Shown in pieces: positions 49,718 to 59,700 of a stretch of DNA of 64,000 nt. This DNA is from an uncultured Elusimicrobiales bacterium (GTDB lineage Bacteria; Elusimicrobiota; Elusimicrobia; Elusimicrobiales; Elusimicrobiaceae): assembly GCA_944324095.1 (NCBI GenBank), contig CALUUY010000001.1, positions 9,599 through 73,598 on the forward strand. Direction: 5' to 3'. Both the position numbers and the translations under genes were made by a program. The notes under the pieces are model-generated. The model was not told where the DNA came from. It made no database searches and saw only the letters and a program-made list of their open reading frames with translations. Every line of letters starts with the position of its first letter. The first letter of the stretch is position 1.

Positions 49718-50677
49718 TTAATTATCCTCCTCCGCGCCAGTAGAGGCTGCGGTTTGTTCTTCTTGTTGGGTCTCTATTTCCAAGGCCTGGTTAGTCAGGC
49801 GCTGTTCCAGTTCCGTTTGAGAAATTTCATCTTGCGGGGCCGGTTCGGCAAGGGGCGCGTTTTCCGGCTCGGCCGCGGGGGCGGCTGCTTCGGCCGGCTG
49901 CGGCTGCTCAGCAGCGGGTTCCTCCAAGCCGGGCAAAGCCACCTGCCCAAGCGCCGTTTTATTATAAGAAGTACGCGTAAAGAACGGGTCGGCCCCGCCG
50001 TCTAACGCTTCTAATTTTTCGGCTCCTTCCAGCTCTTCCAGCGGAATAATGGCCGGCTCCCCTAGCGGGGGCAAGGCTTCGTCAAACGGCAGATCTGCCT
50101 GCTTTTCGTGTAAAGATTTGGCGGCAAAAACCTGCAAATCCGGCAGTTCTGACACTTTATTTAAACCAAACATTCTTAAAAATTCGTCCGTTGTGCCATA
50201 CACCATCGGCCTGCCGATAGTGTCTTTCTTGCCCACTACGCGCACCAACCCGCGTTCCAACAGCCTTTCCAGCGGGCCGGCCACATCTACCCCGCGTATG
50301 GCTTCCATTTCCGCACGGGTAATGGGTTGTTTATAGGCAATAATAGCCAAAGTCTCCAAGGCGGCGTTGGAAAGTTTGGTGGTCATTTTTTCGTTATATA
50401 ATTTGCGTACCCAGCGCCCATATTCCGGCTTGGTGGCCATTTGATACCCGCCGGCTACTTCCACAATCTGCACGGCGCGGCCCTGCTGGGTATATTCCTG
50501 CGTTAATTCTTTAATAATGTCTAATACTTGTGCAGGGGTGACGGTTTCCACCACGTCCGCCAAGCGCGAAGGCTTGACCGGCCTGTCCGTAATAAACAAA
50601 AGGGTTTCTATAATTTTTTTGACGTCATCGGTGCTTTGCACCAATTGCGTTTGCTCTTGGCTTTCTTGTGTTTCCAT
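49718..50677 (-). CDS. scpB: Segregation and condensation protein B (acidic C-terminal tail)
   Basis: 'LSNAALETLAIIAYKQPITRAE', 'GRPMVYGTTDEFL'. Confidence 0.95.
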   Translation of the reverse strand: METQESQEQTQLVQSTDDVKKIIETLLFITDRPVKPSRLADVVETVTPAQVLDIIKELTQEYTQQGRAVQIVEVAGGYQMATKPEYGRWVRKLYNEKMTTKLSNAALETLAIIAYKQPITRAEMEAIRGVDVAGPLERLLERGLVRVVGKKDTIGRPMVYGTTDEFLRMFGLNKVSELPDLQVFAAKSLHEKQADLPFDEALPPLGEPAIIPLEELEGAEKLEALDGGADPFFTRTSYNKTALGQVALPGLEEPAAEQPQPAEAAAPAAEPENAPLAEPAPQDEISQTELEQRLTNQALEIETQQEEQTAASTGAEEDN

Positions 50678-50679
50678 TA

Positions 50680-51441
50680 TTAAGCAGCCTCCCCGTGCAT
50701 AAGGGTTTTAAAATCTTTATCTTTATTTTTCGGGTTTAAATAAATGCGTATATCGCCGCCGCGCTCGTCCTGGCGGGCCAATAATTTTTTAATCTTCATC
50801 AATTCCAGCACCGCCATAAAACACGTAATGATGCCACGTTTTTTAGTTTCACCCACAAAAATGTCATCTAGTAAAATCCATTCCCGTTCTTTAAGCAGAG
50901 AAACCACCTTCTCCATCTTACTTTCAATCGGGAACTCCTCTATTTTCAGCATTTCCACCCGTTTGCGTTCATCCAAACGCTCAAACGCGCGTTTAACGGC
51001 GGCCAGCAAATCAAACATTTGCAGATTGATTACTTTTTCCCCGTCGTCAAAAATAGGGGCGGAACGGTAAAACTGATCTTTTAACGCCTCGTGCTTTTGC
51101 TCCAAAAATTTGCTGGCTTCTTTGTATTTCTGATATTCCACCAGTTTGGCAATAAGTTCTTTGGCGGGGTTGGGGCCCTCATCTTCCGACGTGGGCGCCT
51201 GGCTGGGCAACAGCGTTTTGGCCTTAATTTGCATTAGCGTGCTGGCCATAACCAAAAATTCACCCGCCACTTCCAAATTAAGCTCCTTCATTACGTTTAA
51301 ATAATCCAAATATTGTTTGGTTATTTCCGCAATGTTTACATCGCACACGTCTAAATTGTCTTTTTTAATCAGGTGGAGGAGCAAGTCCATCGGCCCTTCA
51401 AAGACATTAATGTGTACGTTGATAGGAGCTGTATTTATCAT
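50680..51441 (-). CDS. scpA: Segregation and condensation protein A
   Basis: 'FEGPMDLLLHLI', 'AGEFLVMASTL', 'FMAVLEL'. Confidence 0.95.
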   Translation of the reverse strand: MINTAPINVHINVFEGPMDLLLHLIKKDNLDVCDVNIAEITKQYLDYLNVMKELNLEVAGEFLVMASTLMQIKAKTLLPSQAPTSEDEGPNPAKELIAKLVEYQKYKEASKFLEQKHEALKDQFYRSAPIFDDGEKVINLQMFDLLAAVKRAFERLDERKRVEMLKIEEFPIESKMEKVVSLLKEREWILLDDIFVGETKKRGIITCFMAVLELMKIKKLLARQDERGGDIRIYLNPKNKDKDFKTLMHGEAA

Positions 51442-52499
51442 TTAATAACCCGCATTGCCTTTTTGGCTTCCAACAGCACCGGCGCAGCAGACGCACGGGC
51501 CGCCTCTTTCCCTTCAGCCACAATTTTGGCCAGTTGAGCCTTATCCGCCTCAAAAATTTTACGGCGTTCATTAAAGGCCGAAAGTTCCGGCTCCATCAAA
51601 GCAAAAAGCTCTTTCTTGCACGCCACACACCCCAAAGCCCCTGCTTTGCACTCTGCACAGCGGGTTTGATGATTGGGGTTGTATATTTTGTGAAAGGCAT
51701 ACACTACGCAGCCTTCCGGGTTGGCCGGGTCGTTGGCTTTTTTCTTGTTAGGGTCGGTGTACATAGACATTACTTTCTTGCGTACGCTATCCACATCCTC
51801 GCCCAGTTCAATGGTGTTGTTATAAGATTTGGACATTTTGTGCCCGTCTAACCCCGGCACTTTGGCAATAGACGTAAACAACGGTTTAGGTTCTACAAAT
51901 ACGTCCACCCCGTAAATGTCTTTAAAACGGCGCGTAATATCACGCGCAATTTCCAAATGGGCGGTTTGGTCTTGCCCCACGGGTACAAATTCCGCACGGT
52001 GAATCAAAATGTCCACTGCCATCAAAACAGGGTATCCCAAAAAACCAAAAGAAGAAATGTCTTCATCCGTCAGGCCTTTTACCCGTTCGGCCAGCGGGGT
52101 GTTTTCGTCACCGGCCAGCTGCCCGGCGTATTTGCGGGCCAATAATTCTTGGATTTGGTCTTTATAGGTGGGGTTTCTAAGCAGCCAGCCCAGAGGGGTA
52201 ATCATACCTAAAAGGGTGTTTAGTTCACTCACTTCGGGCACGTCGGACTGAATAAAAATGGTAGCCTCTTTAGGGTCTAAACCGGCGGTTAACCAGTCTA
52301 TAAGCATTTCTTCGCTGTTATGGGCTAAGCTTTGGGTATGGTCATACGCGGTGGTCAGGGCGTGTAAATCCGCCACAAAGAAAAAGCAGCGGTAATCTTT
52401 TTGCAACGCCACCCAGTTTTTTAATGCTCCGTGATAATTACCTAAATGGAGCCGGCCCGTAGGCCGCATACCGGAAACGACGATTTTGTTGCTTTTCAT
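51438..52499 (-). CDS. trpS: Tryptophan--tRNA ligase
   Basis: 'SGMRPTGRLHLGNY', 'VPVGQDQ', 'KMSKS'. Likely start ATG 52499 (MKSNK). Confidence 0.96.
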   Translation of the reverse strand: MKSNKIVVSGMRPTGRLHLGNYHGALKNWVALQKDYRCFFFVADLHALTTAYDHTQSLAHNSEEMLIDWLTAGLDPKEATIFIQSDVPEVSELNTLLGMITPLGWLLRNPTYKDQIQELLARKYAGQLAGDENTPLAERVKGLTDEDISSFGFLGYPVLMAVDILIHRAEFVPVGQDQTAHLEIARDITRRFKDIYGVDVFVEPKPLFTSIAKVPGLDGHKMSKSYNNTIELGEDVDSVRKKVMSMYTDPNKKKANDPANPEGCVVYAFHKIYNPNHQTRCAECKAGALGCVACKKELFALMEPELSAFNERRKIFEADKAQLAKIVAEGKEAARASAAPVLLEAKKAMRVIK

Positions 52500-52513
52500 A
52501 ATACTAAACACCT

Positions 52514-53149
52514 CTATAACATTAAAAATTTATTGAGTGCATTTAAAATCAAATATACCGGGGGCAGCAATATGTACTTTACCGCACCGGTAAGTATTAA
52601 CGCCAGCACAATGTACATACCGTAACGCCCAAACACCGCTTGATACCGTATAGACGCATTCACCGGCAACAGCGACGTGACAATGTTCCCCCCATCCAGC
52701 GGCGGAATGGGCATTAAATTAAACACCGCCAATAATACATTAATCAGCACCCCATATTGTAAAAACACCAAAGCCTGCTCCACACCGGCGGAAGCAGTAG
52801 CCGCCGTGAGGATTACAATTTTCATTATCAGCACCAATACCAACGCCAATACCAAATTAACCGCCGGCCCCGCGGCTGCCACTTTGCCCATATCCCGTTT
52901 AGGAGAATCCAACCTAAGCGGATTTACCGGCACCGGTTTGGCCCACCCAAAAAGAGGCATCCCAAACAAGTAACAAAACGCCGGCACCACCAATGTGCCC
53001 ATTATGTCTATATGGGCAATGGGGTTTAAGGTCAAGCGCCCGCTTAAATAAGCGGTATCGTCACCCAACCGGTAAGCCGCCAGCCCGTGGGCAAATTCGT
53101 GCAGTACAATGGAAAAGAATAAAATGGGTATGTATACTATGATTTCCAT
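52514..53149 (-). CDS. Site-2 protease (M50B, YwhC-like)
   Basis: 'LHEFAHG', 'GRLTLNP', 'AAAGP', 'FNLMPIPPLDGG'. Start reassigned to ATG 53149. Confidence 0.92.
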   Translation of the reverse strand: MEIIVYIPILFFSIVLHEFAHGLAAYRLGDDTAYLSGRLTLNPIAHIDIMGTLVVPAFCYLFGMPLFGWAKPVPVNPLRLDSPKRDMGKVAAAGPAVNLVLALVLVLIMKIVILTAATASAGVEQALVFLQYGVLINVLLAVFNLMPIPPLDGGNIVTSLLPVNASIRYQAVFGRYGMYIVLALILTGAVKYILLPPVYLILNALNKFLML

Positions 53150-53270
53150 ATATGGTAATTCTACTAATTTATACCCCTTCTTGCACGGCTGTTTTGCCTT
53201 AAAACGCCATTTTTTGCCTTTCATAAAAGCCGCTTTTTTATCCGCCCGCACATGAGAGCCCAAAAAACAC

Positions 53271-53299
53271 TTGACTTCCTGCACAAAACTAACTATATT
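53271..53299 (+). promoter_or_regulatory. Putative sigma70 promoter for the 102-aa gene
   Basis: TTGACT-N17-TATATT. Confidence 0.6.
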
Positions 53300-53341
53300 T
53301 ACTAAATATCCGCATAAGACCTAAGGGGGTAACGCAGTATT

Positions 53342-53650
53342 ATGCCGGTAAAAACACTAACAGACATTAACCGCCTTTTAACGGCCATTACACATTTTAG
53401 CCAAACACGCAACCAGCCCGGGGTTTACGCCCTCTGGTGCCAGGAAGGAGACAGCAAACGCCTTCTTTCCGTTCATCCTAGTGACGACGTCCGCCGCAGC
53501 ATAGAAGTTTTTGATTCCTTGCAAACCTTGCGCGTACACAGCGGCAATAAAATTACTTTCTCCGTAGGATACATGCCCGGTTCTTCCTCCATCGAACGAG
53601 AAACCGCCGCACGTTTTTTAACCCGAACTTGTTTAGCCGCGGCTGAATAG
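53342..53650 (+). CDS. Hypothetical protein, possibly a degenerate GIY-YIG-like fold
   Basis: Has its own promoter, AGGGGG RBS-like site and terminator. 'PGVYAL...LLSV..S.DVRRSI...E.E' pattern. Confidence 0.6.
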   Translation: MPVKTLTDINRLLTAITHFSQTRNQPGVYALWCQEGDSKRLLSVHPSDDVRRSIEVFDSLQTLRVHSGNKITFSVGYMPGSSSIERETAARFLTRTCLAAAE

Positions 53651-53660
53651 TAAACTTTTT

Positions 53661-53685
53661 ACCCCGCTTAACGGCGGGGTTTTTT
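53661..53685 (+). terminator. Terminator
   Basis: Hairpin accccgc/gcggggt followed by a T-run. Confidence 0.75.
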
Positions 53686-53714
53686 ATACCCTTACAGGTT
53701 ACCTGTTAACAGAT

Positions 53715-53748
53715 AACCCCCGTACATCAGTAGATGCACGGGGGTTTT
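53715..53748. terminator. Hairpin/terminator downstream of the nucleotidyltransferase gene
   Basis: Inverted repeat aacccccgtacatc/gatgcacgggggtt. Confidence 0.6.
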
Positions 53749-53777
53749 GCCATAAAAACCAAACAAAAGGTATGCGC

Positions 53778-54908
53778 TTATTTTTTAGGCAGATGTTCCA
53801 CCCGGGCTAACGCGTCCTGCGCATTGGCCACTTTTCCCTGCCATTGCAGTTGGGCGCAATATTCCAGTGCGGCAGATATTTTACTGCCGCAAAACCCGCA
53901 AGCTTTCAAATTGCTTCCTCTTACAAAGCAAGGCTCCAATGCCAGCGCCGGTAAGGCGGGGTAAACTAGACGCAAAACGGTTTTTTGCAACTCTGTAAGC
54001 GCCGTAAGCGGGCTGTACTGATTTTCTGCCACCGTCCACGCGATATGTAATTCCTGCGCCAATTCCTTAGGCAAGCGGAGAGATTTTAAAAACACGTCTC
54101 CGTTTTTACCCATTAAACACACCAAAACACCCAATCGCACAGCCATTGTGGGCGCCTGGCGCAAACAATCGGCCCACTTTAAACCGGGATACACAAAATC
54201 CAACAAGCCATATTTTTCTAATAGCTTAAAAACCGGTTCGGGATTTTTTTCTTCCAGAATTTTTACAAACTCCCGGCTAACGCGTTCCCTGGTTAGCAAA
54301 AGAGGATACTGCTCTTTTACGGCTGTTTTAAATAAAGATTCCGTATCGGGGGCCAATTTCCACCCAAAACGCCCCGCAAAGCGCAAGGCGCGAAACAGGC
54401 GGGTGGGGTCATCTAAAAAACTTTTTTCGTGCAGAATACGCACAAGCCCGGCGTCTATATCCGCCTGGGCGTGAAAGGGGTCAAACGAAGCGGCAAAATC
54501 CTGCGGCCAAATACTAATGGCCCAAGCATTGACGGTAAAATCACGGCGGAACAAATCGTCCTTTATGACGGAAGGCGCTACCACCGGTAAAGCCGCCGGC
54601 TGGGGATACTCTTCTTTGCGTGCACGCACTAAGTCTAACTTAAGCCCGTTGTCTAACTCCACCCGGTACGTGCCAAATTGCGTAAATTTGCGCTTTGTCC
54701 CGCCCCAATGGCGTAAACATAAATTAGCCAAAGGTTCCACATTGCCTTCAAACGTAAGGTCTATATCCAGCGTTTCTTTTTTTAAGTAAAAATCCCGCAC
54801 GGCTCCCCCCACCAGCCAAGCACGCGTGCCCAATTTTTGGGCATAAGCACCAATGGTTAGCAGTATTTCTTTGTGTTTTTTGGGAACCGACACAACATTT
54901 TTACTCAT
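53778..54908 (-). CDS. Class II tRNA nucleotidyltransferase (A-adding-like)
   Basis: 'LVGGAVRD', 'DIDL', 'DLFRRDFTVNA', 'LHEKSFLDDPTRLFRALRF'. Confidence 0.88.
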   Translation of the reverse strand: MSKNVVSVPKKHKEILLTIGAYAQKLGTRAWLVGGAVRDFYLKKETLDIDLTFEGNVEPLANLCLRHWGGTKRKFTQFGTYRVELDNGLKLDLVRARKEEYPQPAALPVVAPSVIKDDLFRRDFTVNAWAISIWPQDFAASFDPFHAQADIDAGLVRILHEKSFLDDPTRLFRALRFAGRFGWKLAPDTESLFKTAVKEQYPLLLTRERVSREFVKILEEKNPEPVFKLLEKYGLLDFVYPGLKWADCLRQAPTMAVRLGVLVCLMGKNGDVFLKSLRLPKELAQELHIAWTVAENQYSPLTALTELQKTVLRLVYPALPALALEPCFVRGSNLKACGFCGSKISAALEYCAQLQWQGKVANAQDALARVEHLPKK

Positions 54909-55543
54909 ATTACTACCGGTAAAGAGGCTCCTTCCTGGCTCATCTGGTCTAAAAAGTTTTGCAAAAGCAGGCTCTGTATGCCTTGCTTAATCACTTTATG
55001 CGCCGCCAAAGCATAGCCGTTGGCACCTTCCCCTAGCGGGGCAGGAACGTATAAAGGGAACCGCTTCTCACGCGCATAGCCGGGTTTTAAGCGCACAATA
55101 CTGCAACCGGCTTGCGCAGCAGCGGCAGCTACTACTTCAGACTCAAACAACATTTTTTCTTCCTGCTCTAATACCTGTTTTAACCCATCCAGCCCGAAGA
55201 CATAAAAGGGCTGATAATCAAAATGTAATTTATTAGATAAAACCTGCTTAATGGTTTGATAGTCTTCTTTCATTTTAGCGGCCAAAGCGGCTTCTTTGTC
55301 TTTATCAGCGTGGGAAAACACAAAAATCATCAGCTCGTTGGGGGCGTCCAGATAAATTAAATTTCCGTCGTGGTGGAAAAAGGTTTTACATTCCGGGCAA
55401 CAAACTAAATTTAATTCTCCGCCCAAGGCGGCTGTTTTTAAATCCGGGTCTTCATCCGCGCGGACAAAAGACCAATACTCTACGTCAAATTCTTCACAAT
55501 GGTTGGGGCATTTGGCCTGCCCTTCTGCTTTAATAGATTTCAT
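54905..55543 (-). CDS. CpXC-domain protein
   Basis: 'CPNHC...DPDLK..ALGGELN..CPEC', 'LIYLD'. Confidence 0.72.
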   Translation of the reverse strand: MKSIKAEGQAKCPNHCEEFDVEYWSFVRADEDPDLKTAALGGELNLVCCPECKTFFHHDGNLIYLDAPNELMIFVFSHADKDKEAALAAKMKEDYQTIKQVLSNKLHFDYQPFYVFGLDGLKQVLEQEEKMLFESEVVAAAAAQAGCSIVRLKPGYAREKRFPLYVPAPLGEGANGYALAAHKVIKQGIQSLLLQNFLDQMSQEGASLPVVI

Positions 55544-55621
55544 ATTTATATTTTATAGCAAAATTGTAACCTTTTTGTAATAAAAACCCCGCCACTTCCA
55601 AAATGATAAAATAGAATTAAT

Positions 55622-56530
55622 ATGACCAATGTTTCCCAACGTATTGAACAAACCAATACCGTAACCATTCAAGGTTTAATTATTAACACCGTGCTCTGCA
55701 CCTTCAAATTTTTAGCCGGCATATTGGGCAGCAGCGCCGCTATGGTGGCAGACGCAGTACACTCTCTTTCCGATTCGCTGACCGATATTGTTGTGCTGGC
55801 CAGCGTGCGCCTGTCCGGCCGCCCGGCTGATAAAGACCACGCCTACGGACACGGACGCTTTGAAACCCTGGCCACCCTGCTCATCGCCCTGGCATTAGCC
55901 GCGGTGGGGGCCAAAATTTTATACAACGGGGTGTTAGCCATACTAAGTTTAACGGAGGGCAAGCCCATCGCCCGCCCCCACGCCATTGCCTTAATTATGG
56001 CACTAGTGTCTATTGCGGTAAAAGAATGGCTGTACCGTTACACCTTAAACGTAGCTAAATTGACAGACAGCCGCCTGCTGGAAGCCAATGCCTGGCATCA
56101 TCGCTCGGATGCGATGTCCTCCGTAGGTACCTTGCTGGGTATATCCGGCGCGTATTTTTTGGGTAATAAATGGACGGTGCTAGACCCGCTAGCCGCTATT
56201 GTGGTAAGTTTTTTTATCTTTCAAGCTGCTTGGCAAATATTTAAAGACGCCATCAGCGAGCTTTTGGAACAAAGCCTCGGTGAGCAAACCGAAGAAGAAA
56301 TTACCCTTCTATGTAAAAACATACCCGGCGTTCAAGGCGCCCACAACATTAAAACGCGCAAAATAGGCAGCCGCCGCGCCATAGAAATGCACGTTTACCT
56401 GGCAGACGACTTAACACTGGCAGCCGCACACGCCATTACCGAACAGATGGAACAACAACTGCTAAAACGCTTTGGGGAAGACTCCTTTATCACCATCCAT
56501 CCGGAGCCCGTTTCTTTAAAAACCAAATAA
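55622..56530 (+). CDS. Cation diffusion facilitator (FieF-like)
   Basis: 'ADAVHSLSD', 'HAYGHGRFE', 'AWHHRSD', 'IHPEP'. Confidence 0.93.
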   Translation: MTNVSQRIEQTNTVTIQGLIINTVLCTFKFLAGILGSSAAMVADAVHSLSDSLTDIVVLASVRLSGRPADKDHAYGHGRFETLATLLIALALAAVGAKILYNGVLAILSLTEGKPIARPHAIALIMALVSIAVKEWLYRYTLNVAKLTDSRLLEANAWHHRSDAMSSVGTLLGISGAYFLGNKWTVLDPLAAIVVSFFIFQAAWQIFKDAISELLEQSLGEQTEEEITLLCKNIPGVQGAHNIKTRKIGSRRAIEMHVYLADDLTLAAAHAITEQMEQQLLKRFGEDSFITIHPEPVSLKTK

Positions 56531-56533
56531 AAC

Positions 56534-56564
56534 AAAAACCCCCGGTTTATTCCCGGGGTTTTTT
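56534..56564 (+). terminator. Terminator of the CDF gene
   Basis: Hairpin aaaaacccccgg/ccggggtttttt. Confidence 0.75.
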
Positions 56565-56680
56565 AGCGCTTAAAAATCTTTTTAGTTGGCTTTGCCCCAT
56601 CATCCACTCAAATACCGTTTGTAGTGGTGCCAGATAAAATTCTGATGCCTAAAAATACAAAGATCATTGGAGGGAATTTA

Positions 56681-56716
56681 TAAACCGCCCCGCAAAATTG
56701 GCTGCGGGGCGGTTTT
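56681..56716 (-). terminator. Terminator of the 1782-aa gene
   Basis: Hairpin aaaccgccccgca/tgcggggcggttt. Confidence 0.75.
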
Positions 56717-56736
56717 ATATGGTCTAAGTAAATGAC

Positions 56737-59700
56737 TTATTTACCGGTTTCTTCTATGGAAACAGGGGCAGGTGTAGGCGCAGGAGCCACCAAGTTAAAT
56801 CTTCCGCTTTTTCCCAAATCAGGCACTTGCAATTTAAGCGTTTGGTTCAGCGGGGTTTTCCAGCTCTTGTATAAATAATTGGCACCCACCGGTACAGACA
56901 GCGTACGCATAAGCCCAGCCGCCGCACCTTTGTTAATGCTTCCCAAACTGCCCAAAGATATCAGTGCGCCCGCTCCCAACAACCCGTAGGAAGCACCTAA
57001 CGAATAGGCAGGAACCTGCTCATCTAAAATCATAGCACCGCCGGCTTTGCTGTCATCCGTCATATAGTCCATAGCCGTACTAATTACCACAGGCGGAATG
57101 GCCATACCCACGTTAGCCGCAGAGAACACCGTGCGGGAAGCCGTTTTATAAACGTCTTTTATCATCTGCTGTTCTTTAATGCCTTTAGCGGCTTTAATTG
57201 CACTGACTACTTCAGGCGCTTCCATATACCGGGCCGTAGCTAAGTTCTGTAAGGATTGGAACACGTTGGCCGTCCCTAACCCCAATAACGTACCGCCCAG
57301 CACAAATTTGCCCCAGTTAGCTGCGTCCATACTGCCGTCTGGCCCTTTTTCTACGGACAACAACAACCCGCCGCCCGCCGCAGAAGACATTAACGAATAC
57401 TGCAGCATTTTGGTATAGCGCACTTTTTCATTGGTGCCAAACATATTCAAAATAGGGCCGGCTTTCCAGCGCGCAAAGAACGGCGCAATCAACAAGGCAC
57501 CACCGGTAAACGTGGCCGTGAGGTTCTTCTTTTGATGGGGCTGGTTTAAATTGCCAAACGAAACGTTAAACACATTGGCCGAAGCCCAGCTTTGCGCGGC
57601 AGGTTTTAACATCTGGTTGGTGGCCTTATTGTAAGCGGCTGATTCAAACCCGGTTAAGAAGAAGGCCCCCCCCATCATAGGCAACATCGCTTTATGGCCC
57701 ACTAATTTATAAGCATCTAAACTTTCTTTCTTAAGGATTTCCCACACATGGCCTTTGGCAAATTTAAAACCTTTTTCCTGGCCGATGGTGCGGTTAATGC
57801 TGGAGTTGTGCATAACTAACAACGCCGCGGCAGACCCCGCCCCTAACACAGGGAAGGAAGAGGCAAATGTAGGCGGTTTAGAAGCTACACCGGTGCCATC
57901 GTCAGAATACAACCCGCCAAACACCAACGGCGGAACCAAAAGCGCCGCAGAACCAATGTTTTTGGCAAGCATACTCTTTACAAGCCCCGTGCTGCCGCTA
58001 GCTTTACCAATCAAAGTATTCAAGCTGGCGCGCAACAGTGCAGAAGACATACCGATAGCTCCGGCCGAAACATACAGCCATTTATAGCTAGGCAAACCTT
58101 CGGGTTTCTCATTAGAGTTTTTATCCTGCGGAGTATTCCACACAAAACCATTAAAGATAGGGAAAGCCAAACCAGCCGTGGACAACGCCAGCGCCACTTC
58201 CGTCACTCTTAACGCACCCCAACGTTTTACAAACGGTGTAAACACCGGGGCAAAGAATGACGGAATAAACGGCAGGAATAACGTAATCATCATTTTGTCC
58301 GTATCGCTGGCGCCGTAGGGTTTGTCTCCGGGGTAGAATTCTTCCAAAGAAGACAACAACCCCGTAGAAGCAGAGCTCAAGCTCAACCCCGTAGCCACAT
58401 ACATACGCCACAAGTCCGTCTTTTTAGTGGCCACCGTTAAAGAGATGGGTTTTGTAATGTTGCTGGTTTTTAAAGCAACAGCCAAGTGCCCGGCTTCCCC
58501 TTTGGGAATACCAAAATAGAACGGGTTTTTGATGTTTACCGCGGCGCCGCTTTTGTTTAAGAAGGAAAAACCTTTCCCTTCCAATACCAATTTATCCACC
58601 CCAAGGCGCGGCATATCAAAAAAGCGATCTGCCTTTACCGTCATTGGGAGCGGAAGCAAAGTGCCATTATCCAAACGACGATAGACCTGCAACATAGAGG
58701 AGAAACGTTCCTCTTTATCCCCGGTTAAAGACACGCGGGACGCTAACAGGCGGTTATCCTGCAATAAACGCGCCATTTCTGTTTCTTCCGTTCCGCGGCG
58801 CCATTTTTTGGGGAACCAAGAAGTTTGCTCCAACCAATTGCGGCCGGCATTCCACCCGCGCGTAAAGATGTTCTGCTTAGTATAGGGAGACATCGTAAGC
58901 ATTAAAGGCTCAGCAGAATGCTCCACCGCTTGCGCCAGTTTAGGCAAGTCTTTCGGGCGGGCAATAATTTTAAAGTTTTCCAGCTTAAACGGCATATCCG
59001 CCGCATTAATCATAGAGAGTGTATATTCCCCCGTAGGCTGGCGTATAAAATCTACGTGCTGATAAAACTTATCAGACACGCCGTTTACGCGCGGATCCAT
59101 ACGCAACTTTAAAGGCAAGGCCACCGGGTCTTTAGATAAATCATCAATAATAAAAGTGGAGCGCGTCTCATACTTAACCGCCGGTTTTTTTACCGGTAAA
59201 GCCGCCAAGCTGCGCGCCGCTTTAGGTACTTTAATGGAATAATCACTGCGCAAATTCCAGGCAAGCACATCGGTTAATCTTAACTTTTCAGCCTGGGTAA
59301 AAGCAGAGCTTTCATTAAGCAACACCCCTACTTTTTTACCCAAAATTTGGCGGTAAACACTGTTACCTCTCCACGCGTGATAACCGTCATTTCCAAACGG
59401 AACCGCACTTAAGAAATAACGCCATTTCCGGTCGCGATACATATAAGACTGATCTGCCAACTGTACCGCTTTTTCTAAAATTTGGGAAGTTTCCGTCGCG
59501 CGCGCGGCAGACACCCCGGCCAACTTTAAATTATGTAGCACAGCTGCTTGGTTTACGTGGCCGTTAGGCATCAAAGAAACCTGTTGGGTTAACGCCTGCG
59601 GGACTTTAAAAGCTTTATTACCGCGGATTTTACCCGCCAACTCAAAAAAAGCCCGTTGGTTGGGGGTCAAAGCATAAGGCGTGGCGCCGGCCGGAGCAGA

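Noticed and set aside
53150-53284. N-terminal extension of the site-2 protease
   Set aside because: Runs through the divergent promoter region; family similarity begins at ATG 53149.
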